Below are positions 1 to 12,706 of a stretch of 64,000 bases of DNA, piece after piece. Source of the stretch: Bugula neritina (Eukaryota; Animalia; Bryozoa). Each line of letters starts with the position of its first letter. Within the stretch, counting starts at the first letter, position 1. The notes below the pieces were generated by a model that ran no database searches, was not told the DNA's origin, and saw only the letters and a list, made by a program, of their open reading frames with translations. The DNA lies in contig OZ037773.1 of the NCBI GenBank assembly GCA_964035545.1, positions 6,477,751 to 6,541,750 of the forward strand, in the 5' to 3' direction. The position numbers were made by a program, and so were the translations under genes.

Positions 1-2
1 AC

Positions 3-60
3 GATACAATGTCCAACGCAACTCTTGGGGTAGCGGGGCTTTCTGGAAAACGTTTCCCAT
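3..60 (-). CDS. NCS-0: exon 1 of an NCS-family EF-hand gene that continues off the left edge (MGNVFQKAPLPQELRWTLY)
   Basis: ATG at 60-58 and GT donor at 2-1. The 58-nt phase-1 exon is nearly identical to exon 1 of NCS-C (15347-15404). Confidence 0.85.
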   Translation of the reverse strand, partial: MGNVFQKAPLPQELRWTLY

Positions 61-401
61 ATTTTAGAAACTCCTGGCCAAAAACTTTGAACAAAAAATT
101 TAAGTTGAACTTTTATTTTTATAGCTTTTAGACCGTTTGCAATTTTAGAAGCAAACCTCGCAGGTATGTTACTGCTAGGGACAAGCTCTCCACTGAATTA
201 ATTTTTTTATTCATGTTGGAAGCTTTTTCCAAAAAATTTCAATGCTGTAAATATCAAGCTAGTTTTAATAAAAAGAAAAACCAAGCCTTCTGTTACAAAA
301 GCTTGTTATCCCAGTTTAAAAAAAACTTGAAGGATATATGCAATTAATGTGAATCTGATGCTTGTATAGTTCTGTATAACCTGTAGTGAAATATACTGAA
401 G

Positions 402-3400
402 ATGGGGAATTTCCTGCCATGCACTGGGAGAGTAAGGCCAAGTTCAAGAACACTCCACCCATGGTCCTACGCCTGTAAGTAATATATACCCGTTAGCTTT
501 TTTTTTCTAACTTGCAATACAAATCAAATTCATATTGCAATTTGCTGTTGCAAATATTTTTCTTAGCGATGTACAGGTAAATTTATTTATATCATGGCTG
601 ATTGAAACATCCGAAACTAAAGGAGACAGAAAATGTGTTTTTAAGTTTTTGCTAAGGCAAGCTCAAACATTATTTCAATTTGCTGGATCAAAGTTAAAAC
701 CAAAATATTGATTTAATTTATCTATCACTAAATCAAAGTACCATCAATGAGTTCAAGCTTTAGCTGAGATTTTACAACAAAATTTAACTTCGATTCCCCC
801 TCTTTACCAAAACCGCAGCTTATTTAAGCAATATAGGTAATCGTTAGTGATCAGGTAGCTTTAAATTCTATGTCATCACCCGCCATCACCTTTCATCACC
901 TTTCATCACCTGTCTTCACTTGTCATCATCTGTCATCACCTGTCATCATATGGCATCATATGTCATCTCATGTGTTGACATGTGACATCTACAGTCATAA
1001 ATCATCACCTGTCAACACCTGCCATTACATGTCATCATATGTCATCACAGGTGTCATGTGTTTTTATAAGCCGTAATTAGTATTGGCATGTGTTGACATG
1101 TGACATATACTGTCACATGCTGGTCACATGTATTCACATGTCGCATTATACGATATGAAGATGCTTTCTCTAAATGTCCACATTAGAAATATTATATTAA
1201 TAGTATTGGCCCAGCTGTATACCTGCATGAATCTAACTCCTTTTTCATGGCTGAAATAATATATATTTTTATAATAACTTTGTTCTTGCAATCATTTGAT
1301 ATATTTTGTAGTCACTGAAGCCGAAAAGAGCATGTGGTATGTTTTTAAGCTAATTCTTTTTTAAACTTGATAGAAGATTAAAAGTCTTATATTTTGATTA
1401 AAGCATTTTAAAAAAAGCATAGTAAATATGTGATTTTATTAAGATTGTGTGTGCCACTTATTCAGTTTTGGGTAATATTAGTACGTACAGTACAGTATAT
1501 ATTGTATCATTTGTGAAATATATATGTAATGCTCATCTGCATGTAGCAGTTATTTCTTCAGTACATATAGACTACAGTTGTAAAAACTCTATTTCTGCTA
1601 TCCATATGTGAGCATTAATTTGTAGACTTGATTTTATTAGTCTGCTATGTTTGCAGAACATTAAGATCAGGGTCTAGCATTATTTTTTTAAATTTGGTGG
1701 TACATTTTATATAGAAAGTTATCATTATTTATAGGATTTGAATGGTACCTATTTAAAACATTATGAGCAAGCCGCTCACATTGCTGATAATGTAAGAGTG
1801 TTATTTCACTAACGGATGGCTATAGCAATGACTGTGTTGAACTTCTGAATATATAGCCTTAGAATCTCAATAGAAAATTATGCTATTTCAGGTATTCCTA
1901 CTTCAAACTACACTCCAACTTTAGAAATAGACTGACAAAAGATGTAAGTAGATCTTATCACATCCTCTTGTTTTATTAATATTTGATCATAATTTCTCTT
2001 CCAACCATTTTAGCATAATATAGTGAATAATTTAGTTTGTAAGTTGCAACGCAATATAATTTTAAACAGTTTATTCTTATACAGTTTATATAAAGTTAAT
2101 TCATACTTGCACTTCTACTCAAATTCTACAAAATTATATACAAATTATATGTGTATAATTACTTTAATTAAATAGATACCATTTTAAGTACAAAATTGTG
2201 ACCACATTCTCAAAAAACATTCAGAATGAAGCTGAAAATAGGTTACTAATTTCAAGTTTAAAAATTATAATTTTATTGCAGTTTATAAAATCGGTCTACC
2301 TGTATTTCTATCCAAATGGCAATGGGAAAGAGTTCACCAATTATCTATTCGAGTTGTTTGATTGTGATTGTGATGGATTCATAACCTATAATGACTTCAT
2401 GCAGGCACTTCATAGTCTTACAAAGAGCTCTACAGAAACTTTGATTGCAAGTAAGTACAAAACATATGTGTAGAGACACAAATAGATCTAACGCATATTG
2501 ATAGCAGAATTGAAGATGTGAGATATAAAATGGCATTTTCAAACAGAAAATAATATATTACAATTTTGCCTAACACAAAAGTATATTGTTTAATTTATAT
2601 AAACACAAACTTTATATTATGAGAATAACAGGTATATATATGTTCAAATTATTAATATCAAAAGAGCTTTGTTTTTATAAATAAAAGAGTTATCCGTGCC
2701 AACGCCAAAAAGAAGCTCAACAGCAAAACACAATCTTGTTTACTTTATCTATCAAATAAAAACAGGGATTAAGTGTTTTGCAGAAGATCAGAATTTGTAT
2801 GTTAATTTTTCTCTCTTTGTTTTATCCTCTTTATTCAGCCTGATGACTATTTTGATCTATACTTCATTTTGTGACAACTCCACTCATTTCCTATACTCTT
2901 TGTAAACTAAATGCTATATACTAAGATTAATAAAATCCAACGGTATTCATATTATGAAAGTTTGTGTATGAAGCGACAACTTTACTGTACTTATCCTTAA
3001 TAACACAAGTATTTGTCTCTCTAACCAGTCTTCTGATGCTTTCAGATTACTTTCTGTTGTGTGACATCAACTCTGAAGGTGTTGTGACAAAATCAGACAT
3101 AAAGAACGTACTCAACTCTGTTTATAAGTTAGTAGGGCCCGAGCTGACTGAAGACATGGAATCAGCTGATTCAAGGGTGGAGAGAGCATTTCCTGCCATA
3201 GACAGAGTAAGGGACACATTTATATAGTCAGAACTCTTTGTACCCTCAGAAAGCTTAAAGTTTATTAGTTTCAACAAAACTTTTACTTGTTTTTAAAATT
3301 TGTTAGCAAGGTGACAAAAAATATATTAAAAGCAACTATATAAATACTAGAATGCAATTTTTAACTTTGCAAAATTATTATATAGTACTATTATTATTCA

Positions 3401-3975
3401 TTGGGCATATTTTGATTCATCTATAACTTAAGATTAATTTTTTTGTAACACAGATGCTTAGGCTCTGGTAATATAAACCTACGTCTTTTAGAAAACAGCC
3501 TTAACATATTTTTTGTTAAATTAGAAGAAATATGAAGATATAAAAATAATCAACATTGCATTGAAAAATTATTGAAATACTTTTTCAATTAGTTTCTATT
3601 TGCCACTAGAGATTTGTCATCATTAAGATTGACAATGCAAAGCTTTTAGCAAGAAATAATTATTTTCTATTAAATAAATTTTTTAGTTGCCAACTACCTA
3701 CAAATTATATCACAGAAAATTGCTTTTTAATTTAATATATTTATTCATGAAGGTGTTTTACATACATTTTAATTGCTTTTATATTAATTTTGTTTTAGGA
3801 AAATAAAGGATTTGTAGATGTGGAAGACGTAGTGCGTGACTGTATTGGTTCGAGTTGGATCAGGAAAGCTTTGGCTGTTAGATTTATCCAGTATTTAGTA
3901 GAAGTTCTCCTGTTAACTATTTCTGATGAACATCATGATATAATTAAGGACAACATATTATTGCTATATGTTTAG
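402..3975 (+). CDS. NCS-A: divergent NCS-1-like EF-hand protein, about 218 aa, 6 exons
   Basis: Exons 402-474, 1312-1336, 1892-1943, 2282-2450, 3046-3206, 3799-3975, all GT-AG, total 657 nt in frame. Protein MGNFLPC...FTEAEKSMW...YPNGNGKEFTNYLFELF. EF loops DCDCDGFITYND, DINSEGVVTKSD, DRENKGFVDVED. Confidence 0.88.
870..1145. repeat. Degenerate TGTCATCACC/CATGT-type minisatellite in NCS-A intron 1
   Basis: Recurrent tcatcacc/tgtcat units; explains the spurious ORF 870-1076. Confidence 0.7.
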
Positions 3976-4252
3976 CATGTTTTACACAATGCTTTAATAA
4001 TAGCTTTTCTACCACTTGTATCAGGCAAATATTGCTGTAATAATTTCATGATTGAGTTAATTGTTTTCTAGTTTGCTAACTTCATTGTTTGAAATTTAAA
4101 TTTTGACAATAAAGATTTATGGAGTTGCGAAACTTTTATCTAAGTTGTATTGCTACACACAGAAACTTGTCATAAAAATTTAGTTAAGCATTTATATTGC
4201 ACTGAATAGTATATTTAGGGCAATTTTTCTACCTGCATTTGTTATTATAAAA

Positions 4253-4473
4253 GGGAGCAGCCGTGGTCTAGGGGTTAGAGCGTTCGCTTTGTGAACACGA
4301 AGTTGTGGGTTCAAACCCCGACAAAGGCCATTGGTGATGTTAGGAAGAGCATCCAGTCATAATTGCTCCTGTGCCTTATTTGAACATGTCCTTAGCCCGT
4401 TCTAACAAAAACCCTTTCTATCAGGGGTTTCTCACAGGGATAGCGACTATAAACTTCCGTGAGTTTTTTTTTT
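4253..4473 (+). mobile_element. tRNA-derived SINE, family 1
   Basis: A box TGGTCTAGGGG and B box GGTTCAAACC, followed by the core TGGTGATGTTAGGAAGAGCATCCAGTCATAATTGCTCC shared by about 10 copies in the window. Confidence 0.85.
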
Positions 4474-5429
4474 ATATATGTCATTATAAAAGTTGCTTTT
4501 GAAAATAAGTATTTATTGAACTTTATCAATGACTAGTTTATAGGTAATATCTTTCATCTATAATGATTGGAATACTTGCTAATATGCAACACCATTCAAT
4601 ACAGTAAAATACCTAACAGCCTAAACAAATGCAAATTTATTGAATCCACTTATACCTTTAACAAGTTGCAATATACCACACAATGCAAATAACAAAATAA
4701 AAAATCTGCCAGTGGTACATTTATCATTCTATAATTTAACAAGGATTGTAGTTTATTTTATTTTTTACATATAATATCAAAACTGCTAATGTTATTGGCG
4801 GAATAGTTTCTAAATGTAATTAGTGAATAAAGTGCTGCAACCCAAACATGTCTTGTACACAATAAACATTAGCCAAACATTTGCCAATAATAACATGAGG
4901 CTAAAGGTATGTCTAATTAACTAATTATAAATTTAAGTCAATGTACTATTTGTTTTATAAAAGCTGAAGTATAATGCATATCATGGCTACTTTATTGGTT
5001 AACAAGTTGTGGCTATTTCACTCATGTAGTAAAGGACTATGATTTCTAATTTTTCTACAAATTAAAATATTGCAGTTGTAAAGAATGTTTGTGGTTAAAT
5101 TACTTTCAAAGTTTTATTATGTAAAGTCATTTAATAATTTATAAAGTATTGAATAGTAAACTTAACATTGTATCAACTGTGTATAGAAAGTGTGTCAGTT
5201 TTAAATAAAAGTTATCCTATTTGTATTCTTTCTCTTAAAAATTTCTTAAAACTTTTAGAAAGCTGGAACTAGCAACTAAAGGTGAACAAAGATATACTAG
5301 TTGCAAGCTAACAAAGCTTTAAGTACAATTAAAATTGCTTTTTTGAAAAAATAGTAAGAAATAGTTTAAGTATAAGTAGGTAAGCATTGTTTCAGACAAA
5401 CTTCTTCAGTTGCCAAAATTCTCTTGAAA

Positions 5430-8400
5430 ATGGGAAACAAAAGTAGTGGAAATTACAGATTAAGAAGCTGTAAGTGTTATAAAACTTTGACAACATATAC
5501 TATACATATATAATCTGTTTATAGAAATTTTTATTGATTAAATATCACTTTACCAAAAAAAGTTTAAATTAATAATTAATAATACATTTAGAAAAAAGCT
5601 AAAACGTATTATATTTAGCTATCTTTGTTTGAGTGTCTTATACAGAAAAAAAATAAAAAAATATGTCTCCTATCAGTTTATAGATGATGACACAAAATGT
5701 ATGAATTTTTCCAACTTAAATTGTTGTAAACTCAGATGGTTTGGACGAATCTTGGTCTTCTCGAGCTATCCAATGGAGAGCTGGATCTGATGAAAATTTT
5801 CTGCTAGCCGACGACCTAGAAGGAGATGAAGAAGAGGTAACTCCAGAGTTTGATCCTAGTGAAAGATCGATAGTACTGAGAGATTCTGAGCAAACAGAAA
5901 GCAGTGGAAGAAAAGCAGCTGCAGCAGAAGCAACTCGATTGAGAGTAATGAGTGAGTTTGTGACTGTTGTTCAAGTTGAGTATAGTTTACACATTAAGTA
6001 CATACTAAGTACACACTGAATACACACTGAGTATACACTGAGTGCATATTGAGTGCATACTGAGTACTTACTGAGTGCATACTGAGTACATACTAAGTAC
6101 ATAATGAGTGCATACTAAGTATATGTCAAGTACGTACTGAGTAAATACTGAGTACACACTGAGTACGTATTGAGAACGCATACGGAGTATATACTGAGTA
6201 CATACTGAGTACATACTGAGTACAATTTGTTGTAGGCTCAGCTAGTTTGGAAGATTTTTGGCCTCCTCAGGGTATCGAACAGCGAACTGGCTCTGATGGA
6301 AATCTGTTAGCCGACAACGCGAAAGAAGGTGAAGGAGAGGTAACTCCAGAATTTGAAAGATCGGTTGTACGGAGAGATTCTGAGCAAACAGGCAGCAGTA
6401 GAAGAAAAGCAGCTGCAGCAGATTCTACTCGATTGAGAGGGATAAGTAAGTTTGTAACTGTTGCTCAATTTAAGTAGTTTACATTAAGTACATACTAAGT
6501 ATACACATTGAATACACAATGAGTACTTACTGAATACACACTGAATACACACTGAGTACACACTGAGTGCATACTGAGTACACACTGAGTACATACTGAG
6601 TACATACTGAGTACATACTGAGTACATACTAAGTACATACTGAGTACATACTGAGTACATACTGAGTACAATTTGTTGTAGGCTCAGCTAGTTTGGAATT
6701 TTCTTGGCCTCCTCAGGGTATCGAACAGCGAACTGGCCCTGATGGAAATCTGTTAGCCGACAACGACAACGCGGAAGAAGGTGAAGGAGAGGTGTCTCTA
6801 GAATTTGAAAGATCGGTTGTACGAAGAGATTCTGAGCAAACAGGTAACAGTGGAAGGGAAGCAGCTGCAGCAGAAACAACGCAATGGAGAGTAATGAGTG
6901 AGTTTATGAATGTTTTTCAATTTGAGTCGTTTACACATTAAGTACACACCGAGTACATGATGAGTACAAATTGAGTATTTACTCAGTAAGCCTAGGGTCG
7001 CATGACACAGAGTTCTCGCACAGACAGACATGGGCGGGAAACTTCGTCTAGTCCAAAAATGCTCTGTTGTGTGCAGATTTTAAAAGGATTTCATGTGGAT
7101 AGAGTGCTGAACAGACGGTAAGGAAAGCTTGTGCAAATTTGATCTAACTGATTGATTGGCTGGCACACTTTTTGAGTTTCAATTCAAGCTTTTAATTTTT
7201 AGCAGGCTGTATTGAAACGTTTTTTTAATAGTTATCGAAAAGCAGATGGCTTTGCTAAACAAAAAAAAAACCGGTAGGTGAGCAGTAAAATTTAATGCAA
7301 TCATACTTAGTCAAAAAATTTTCACACCTGCAGATATAATGCACTGTGTGTAGTAGTTCATTCCAAAAACAGCTTTTCACTCATTTGTACCTGTATGCAT
7401 TGTATGTGGCCTTACGATTATGAAAACATATTGGCATGTATACAGTTTATATTCAACTTAACATGAATTTGTCAATGCACAATTAAATACATATAATTGA
7501 AAATCTGGCTTAAAATTGTGTGTGCATAATTGAAGTAATTTATTCAGCAAATCAAGTGAATTTTGTATTTTTATTTTTACAGTTTCCCAAGAGTTGAGAC
7601 ATGAGTTGTAAGTATTGTTGCTTGCAGTTGTTTATTGTCAGTTATTGTTAACAAAAATGTATCAGCTTTTAGATAGGTAGAAAAATTGTACAACTTTACA
7701 ACATGTCTCAAATTGCAACTACTAAGAAATTGGTAAAACTGCATTTTATCCTGCTTAAATTTCCAAGTTCTTTTTTAGGTTTACTAGTTTTGATTTTTAC
7801 ACGGAGCACAAAGGAAAACTGAAAAAAAATGTAAGTAAACTTTCTTATGTGTCTAATATACTTTTACTTGTTTGCAGTTTATTTTTTGATGATGGATTTT
7901 TAGCTAGAGCGTTCTAATCAAAAAACATCTTTTTTAAAATTATTAACAATTTATGAAATATGTAAAAACATTCAAAAATCTTTTGTAAAAGAACACTGTA
8001 GCAAGTAGCAACAGTATCTTATATCACTGATGAGAGAATTTATACCTATATTGCTTATCTTATGCAAGTCAAGAATGGTTTGAACCCACAGGAATTTTCT
8101 CAAAACAATTATATCTCGCAAAATGCGGCAATTGAATAGACTTCACAACTTTAAAAAAGAACTTATGCTTTGCTTTCTTAAAATTATTTCTTATAAAATT
8201 ACTGCATAAAATGTTTTTATCAAAGTTCACAAAGTATTTTAAGATGGTCAAATAAATTATGCTACAAACTGCTATTTGTAGAAGATTGCTCAAATTTACA
8301 GGAGATATTACCCAGAGGGCAGCCCCGAAAAGTTTTCTAAATATTTTCACAGAATGCTTGATATTGACAACAAAGGCTTTGTCAGCTTCAATGATTATAT

Positions 8401-9975
8401 AGAGCGTATGGTTACAATAAATCACGGTACATTTCTTCAGAAGAATCGCTGTGAGTAGAACACACATTAGCTTTCTATAATCTTATATCATAAAAACTCA
8501 CACATTTTTATAGTCGCCATTCCTGTGAGAACCCCTAATAGAAAGAGTTTTTTGTTAAATCGGGCTAAGGACTTATTCAGATGGGGCACAGGTGCAATTA
8601 TGACTGGATGCTCTTCCTAAAATCACCAATAGCCTTTGTCGGGTTCGAGCCCATGACTCCGTGTTTACTAGACAAACGCTCTAACCCCTAGACTACAGCT
8701 GCTCCCTATAAGCTATCTATAATAACCTTATAGCGAACTTGAAATTAGCATCAACACTCATGTTAATTCTATTTTGATTTCTGTTAACAGAACATAGACT
8801 GGTGCTTGCATCAAACAACCATTAAATTAATATATCAATTGTTTCATTGAAATTGAAAAATGACTTCATCTATAAATAAATAGAATGCATAGCGATTTAT
8901 AATTGGCAATGACTAAATTTGAGAATAAAGTGTAAAATAGAGCTTATTTAATGTATCAATTAATTCAAATAGTATATTTTTACAGGTTTTAAAAACATAA
9001 ACAAATTATTATTATATTGAATAAAAATATATGGCGATTCAGGCACGTAATTTAGCACATGTTCATTTTTGTGCAGCGTTCATTTGTTGAGTCAGACATA
9101 TATGCCCTTTCAACCTTTACAACTGGACAATAGGCTATTTTTTAATAATTGTGACTGTTTGTTCTTTAGAGGTGTTTTAAATTTTAGTAAGATTCTTACT
9201 GTATGATGTGGATAGAGATGGTAGAGTATCAATGCAAGATATGGAGAAGTTTCTAACATCTCTTTACAAGCTGGTTGGTCCAGCATTAGCGGCAGGCCTG
9301 GAACCACCTGCTTCAAGAGTAGAAAACATGTTTTCTAACTGGAAGCTTGTAAGAACTAAAACATTACATCTTGTCAGAATGTGATGTTTTCAATTCTGTT
9401 TTATAGTAAATATTTTTGCAAACTAGATTAATCCACAAAAATCTCCGCGTTCCAGTTGATTATTTTCTTTAAAACTGCAGCACTATACATTTTAATTAAA
9501 AACTTAAAAAAAATTTGGAGCAAAGTTTTTCAATGCAGCTGGTTTAACATATTATTATTTATATAGATTTAATACTTTTACCACAATTGGTTTTTGAAAT
9601 TAAATTATTAGTGATATTTATAGCTTGCAAAATGCTTTATAAGAAATATGTCTTCGACTCTTGACATTATAGAAGCAGTTCACCTTTTTACTTGTACTTG
9701 TTTCTATATAGGCCATCTCTTTTGTGTAAACAATTTAGTTGTTCAGCATAATTATTCTCACTATATTATCAATTCACAAAACTTTGCAGTGTAATGTTTT
9801 ATTTCAGGCTGGCACGTCACATCTCTACCTGGAGGACTTCACATTTGGATCTGTCTCAATTTGGGCTAACGATCTCGCAACAGCTTTTATTACCCATCTC
9901 ATTGATGTCGTTTTCAAATTCTTTTGTAATAGTGTTGATGAGCGACTCAAAAATGATATAACACACCTGAAATAA
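5430..9975 (+). CDS. NCS-B: divergent NCS-family protein with three tandem copies of an extra acidic N-terminal exon, up to about 418 aa
   Basis: Exons 5430-5469, 5736-5951, 6236-6445, 6682-6897, 7583-7607, 7779-7830, 8282-8450, 9188-9348, 9808-9975, total 1257 nt in frame. Starts MGNKSS. EF2 DIDNKGFVSFND, EF3 DVDRDGRVSMQD, EF4 degenerate. Confidence 0.82.
5990..6225. repeat. 11-bp minisatellite (ACTGAGTACAY)n
   Basis: Tandem actgagtacat/actgagtacac units filling the intron between cassette exons 1 and 2 of NCS-B. Confidence 0.9.
6481..6670. repeat. 11-bp minisatellite (ACTGAGTACAY)n
   Basis: Same unit, between cassette exons 2 and 3 of NCS-B. Confidence 0.9.
8511..8707 (-). mobile_element. 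tRNA-derived SINE, family 1
   Basis: Reverse complement of 4253-4473 (ctggatgctcttcctaa...ctaacccctagac). Confidence 0.85.
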
Positions 9976-10699
9976 ATATTTGACAGGATTTTAAGCAGAA
10001 TTGATGTTTACACATAATGGAATGACAACTACGATGCTATTCACAAATGTTTAATTTTGCCTATATTAACTTTCATGAAAATTTTTTGGAAAAAGATTAA
10101 TGCAAATTATACATACTACTTGTGTGGTTATTTGATAGTGATTTATCTAAAAATTTATCTTTCACTAATTCTTTTAACAAGCAAATAAAATAATAGATGC
10201 ATGTTATATGGAAAATTACCTGTCTTTACATTTGTAGATACTCTATAATAGAGGGCAAACTGCTAATTGTAATATATAGCAGTAATTCTTAATTTTTAAG
10301 ATTGTTTCAAAGCAAAAAGTTGAATGAACTGTTTCACTGGATGTATTGTTGATAAAATGCGTGTTTATGGAAAATAATTGAAGATCGATATATAAAAGAC
10401 ATTTCTTATAACACTTGTTTCTTCATAAAAGTCTTATGAATTTTTAGATAAGCATTTTAAGCTAATAATTTATTTTGAATCTACAAATCACATTTATTTC
10501 TATTTATTTCACTTACATAATGAGCTCTGATATAAAATATTAAGGTGCTAAAAAGGAATTAAACCCTTAAAGTGCCAGCAACTGATTTGCAGAGTGGAAT
10601 GAGCTTTAAAATATTACTCTAATAAATTAGCTCAATCTCTTTTCTCCAAAAAATAGGCTGGATAGGAACTTACTCTACAGTTCTAACTAAATCATTCTC

Positions 10700-10832
10700 T
10701 ATTCAGCTCAGAGTTGAGGGTGACTGAGTGCTGTAGATTGTTTAAAGCCTTCAAGTTTGGAGTTGAGTCCCCCAACTCCAAACTTGAGGGCTCTAAACTG
10801 CTGCAATTATTCACCCCCAATTCTGCTGCTGG
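10700..10832. repeat. Long imperfect palindrome
   Basis: TTTAAAGCCTTCAAGTTTGGAGTTG, short loop, CAACTCCAAACTTGAGGGCTCTAAA, with weaker outer arms. Confidence 0.8.
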
Positions 10833-11354
10833 TGCATGCAGAACAATTTGAAGAAAAATGGTTTTCTAATAGTTCATAATTAGTGCTATTAATTTCATTT
10901 TTTATTCATAAATATAATTTTTTTGGCAGAAAATTTAATTGGGCATTGAGCTAAACTAGATTTTATGTTAAAAATATCAAACGTTTATTCCTAAAACATA
11001 TCTGATTAACAAAATAACATATCTTTACACATTGCATAGATAAAATTAAAAAAAAAGTAAAATATTAGTGTGTAATATTTATATTGCTATCTTAAAAAAT
11101 TAATAACCTTACCTTAGTAGAAAGACTGGTGTTGAATTACTATAGATAAAACAGTTTAAATAATTTATCTAGAATATTTAAAAGTAGACTTTTAATTTTT
11201 TAAGTGTTCTGGTAGTAAAATAGATAAATTGTTTATTTTATACAGCTATATAGCTTCATACCCTTTCAGTCAAACACCGTGTAAAAATTTAAAATGCTGA
11301 AATTGGGAAATTGCTGCAAGTATTCTATTTCAAAATAATTTATTTTTATAACAG

Positions 11355-11461
11355 GCAATTGAGACTGCTATTAGAAGAGTGTATCCAAATGGTGATCCAG
11401 AACAATATGCTCTCTACCTCTTCAGTGCTATGGATATGGACAACGATAACTTCATCTCATT
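11355..11461 (+). pseudogene. Truncated copy of NCS-E exon 4 (AIETAIRRVYPNGDPEQYALYLFSAMDMDNDNFIS) with its upstream intron
   Basis: Near-identical to 24214-24320. The preceding ~11030-11354 resembles ~23930-24213. Similarity stops mid-exon and no other exons are present. Confidence 0.85.
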
Positions 11462-11957
11462 TATTTATCCACTAACATTTTCTTAGCAGTAGTTACATGG
11501 TTAAAGTCGTGATTGGTGCAGTTGTGCTAGTTAAAATTAAGGTTTGTCTGTTTGTGCAACGTAGCAAAACTATTATCTTTGTCAACTCTAATTTTTTTTA
11601 AATATGCATATATTTATATATTTTATCAACTCAAAATAATTACAAATTTTTATCCTGGAATTTCCAAAGTTTGGAGAGTTTATTCAATCTAGCTAACAAA
11701 ATAGCACGATATTTTGATGGGTAAGTCCTGTATTTTCATATGACTGTGATCGCTAAAATGACTCTGTTTTATAGATTATTATATTTGCAAACTTTTATTG
11801 CCAGTGATAACAAAAATAGCATACACAAGTATTTTGACCTACATTTGCATATAACATGATAAATAACACTCAAGCAATTAACAGAATTTAAATTGTTTTG
11901 GTTGCCTTGAAGTAAGTTTTATGTACGATAACCACACATAAATTAGGAGCAGCTATT

Positions 11958-12293
11958 TTACATGTCATCTATGCTATCTTCATCAACTTGAGTTGGCAGC
12001 TCGAGGTGTATAATCCTATAGTCTCCCATGTTGATCGAAGTGACGAGGCTACGAGCCAAGGACTGACAAATCCATCTGTGAAACTTTAAGCTGAACTCAA
12101 ACTCCTCGACTGTAACATAACCCTTCTTTTCCTATAAACAGAAAAATATTGTTTTTAAGTATGAAAAGTAAACTTCCTATAAAAAATGCTTCTTGTTTCG
12201 TACAGGCTATTGGAAACATCACTGACACACTTCATTTATGCAATTTTAAAGTATTATTATATATATATATATTTATATACATATATATATATA

Positions 12294-12344
<51 letters not shown>

Positions 12345-12653
12345 CTTTATTATATATATATTATATATATATATATAGCTCTCACTTAATGCTCAGCAAT
12401 GACATTCAGTGATTGAGCTCTCTCATCATGGTCACAAACTCAAGCTGCTAGCATTTTGCAAGGCTCGTGACTCCTAGGTGACCCCTAGAGTCACTTGAGC
12501 TCTCTGGCTTGAGTTTACACACCGTTTAAATATGCTTTAGTAGAAACATAAGTTTCTACTATTGCGAAGGTGTGGGCCATGGTAATCTGTTCTGTGCTGA
12601 TGAGGGGACAAACCCCGAAACAGCTGCTGTCCACAGATTGAGGTATATATATG

Positions 12654-12706
<53 letters not shown>

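Noticed and set aside
5990-6990. Repeat-spacer-repeat layout superficially like a CRISPR array
   Set aside because: Eukaryotic intron context. The repeats are tandem 11-mers, the spacers are homologous exons, and there are no cas genes.
6990-7340. GC-richer insert in an NCS-B intron, possibly a transposon fragment
   Set aside because: No second copy, TIR or TSD could be identified in the window.
8069-8467. 132-aa minus-strand ORF (similar ones at 9110, 19203, 30390, 35629)
   Set aside because: Antisense shadows of real NCS exons.
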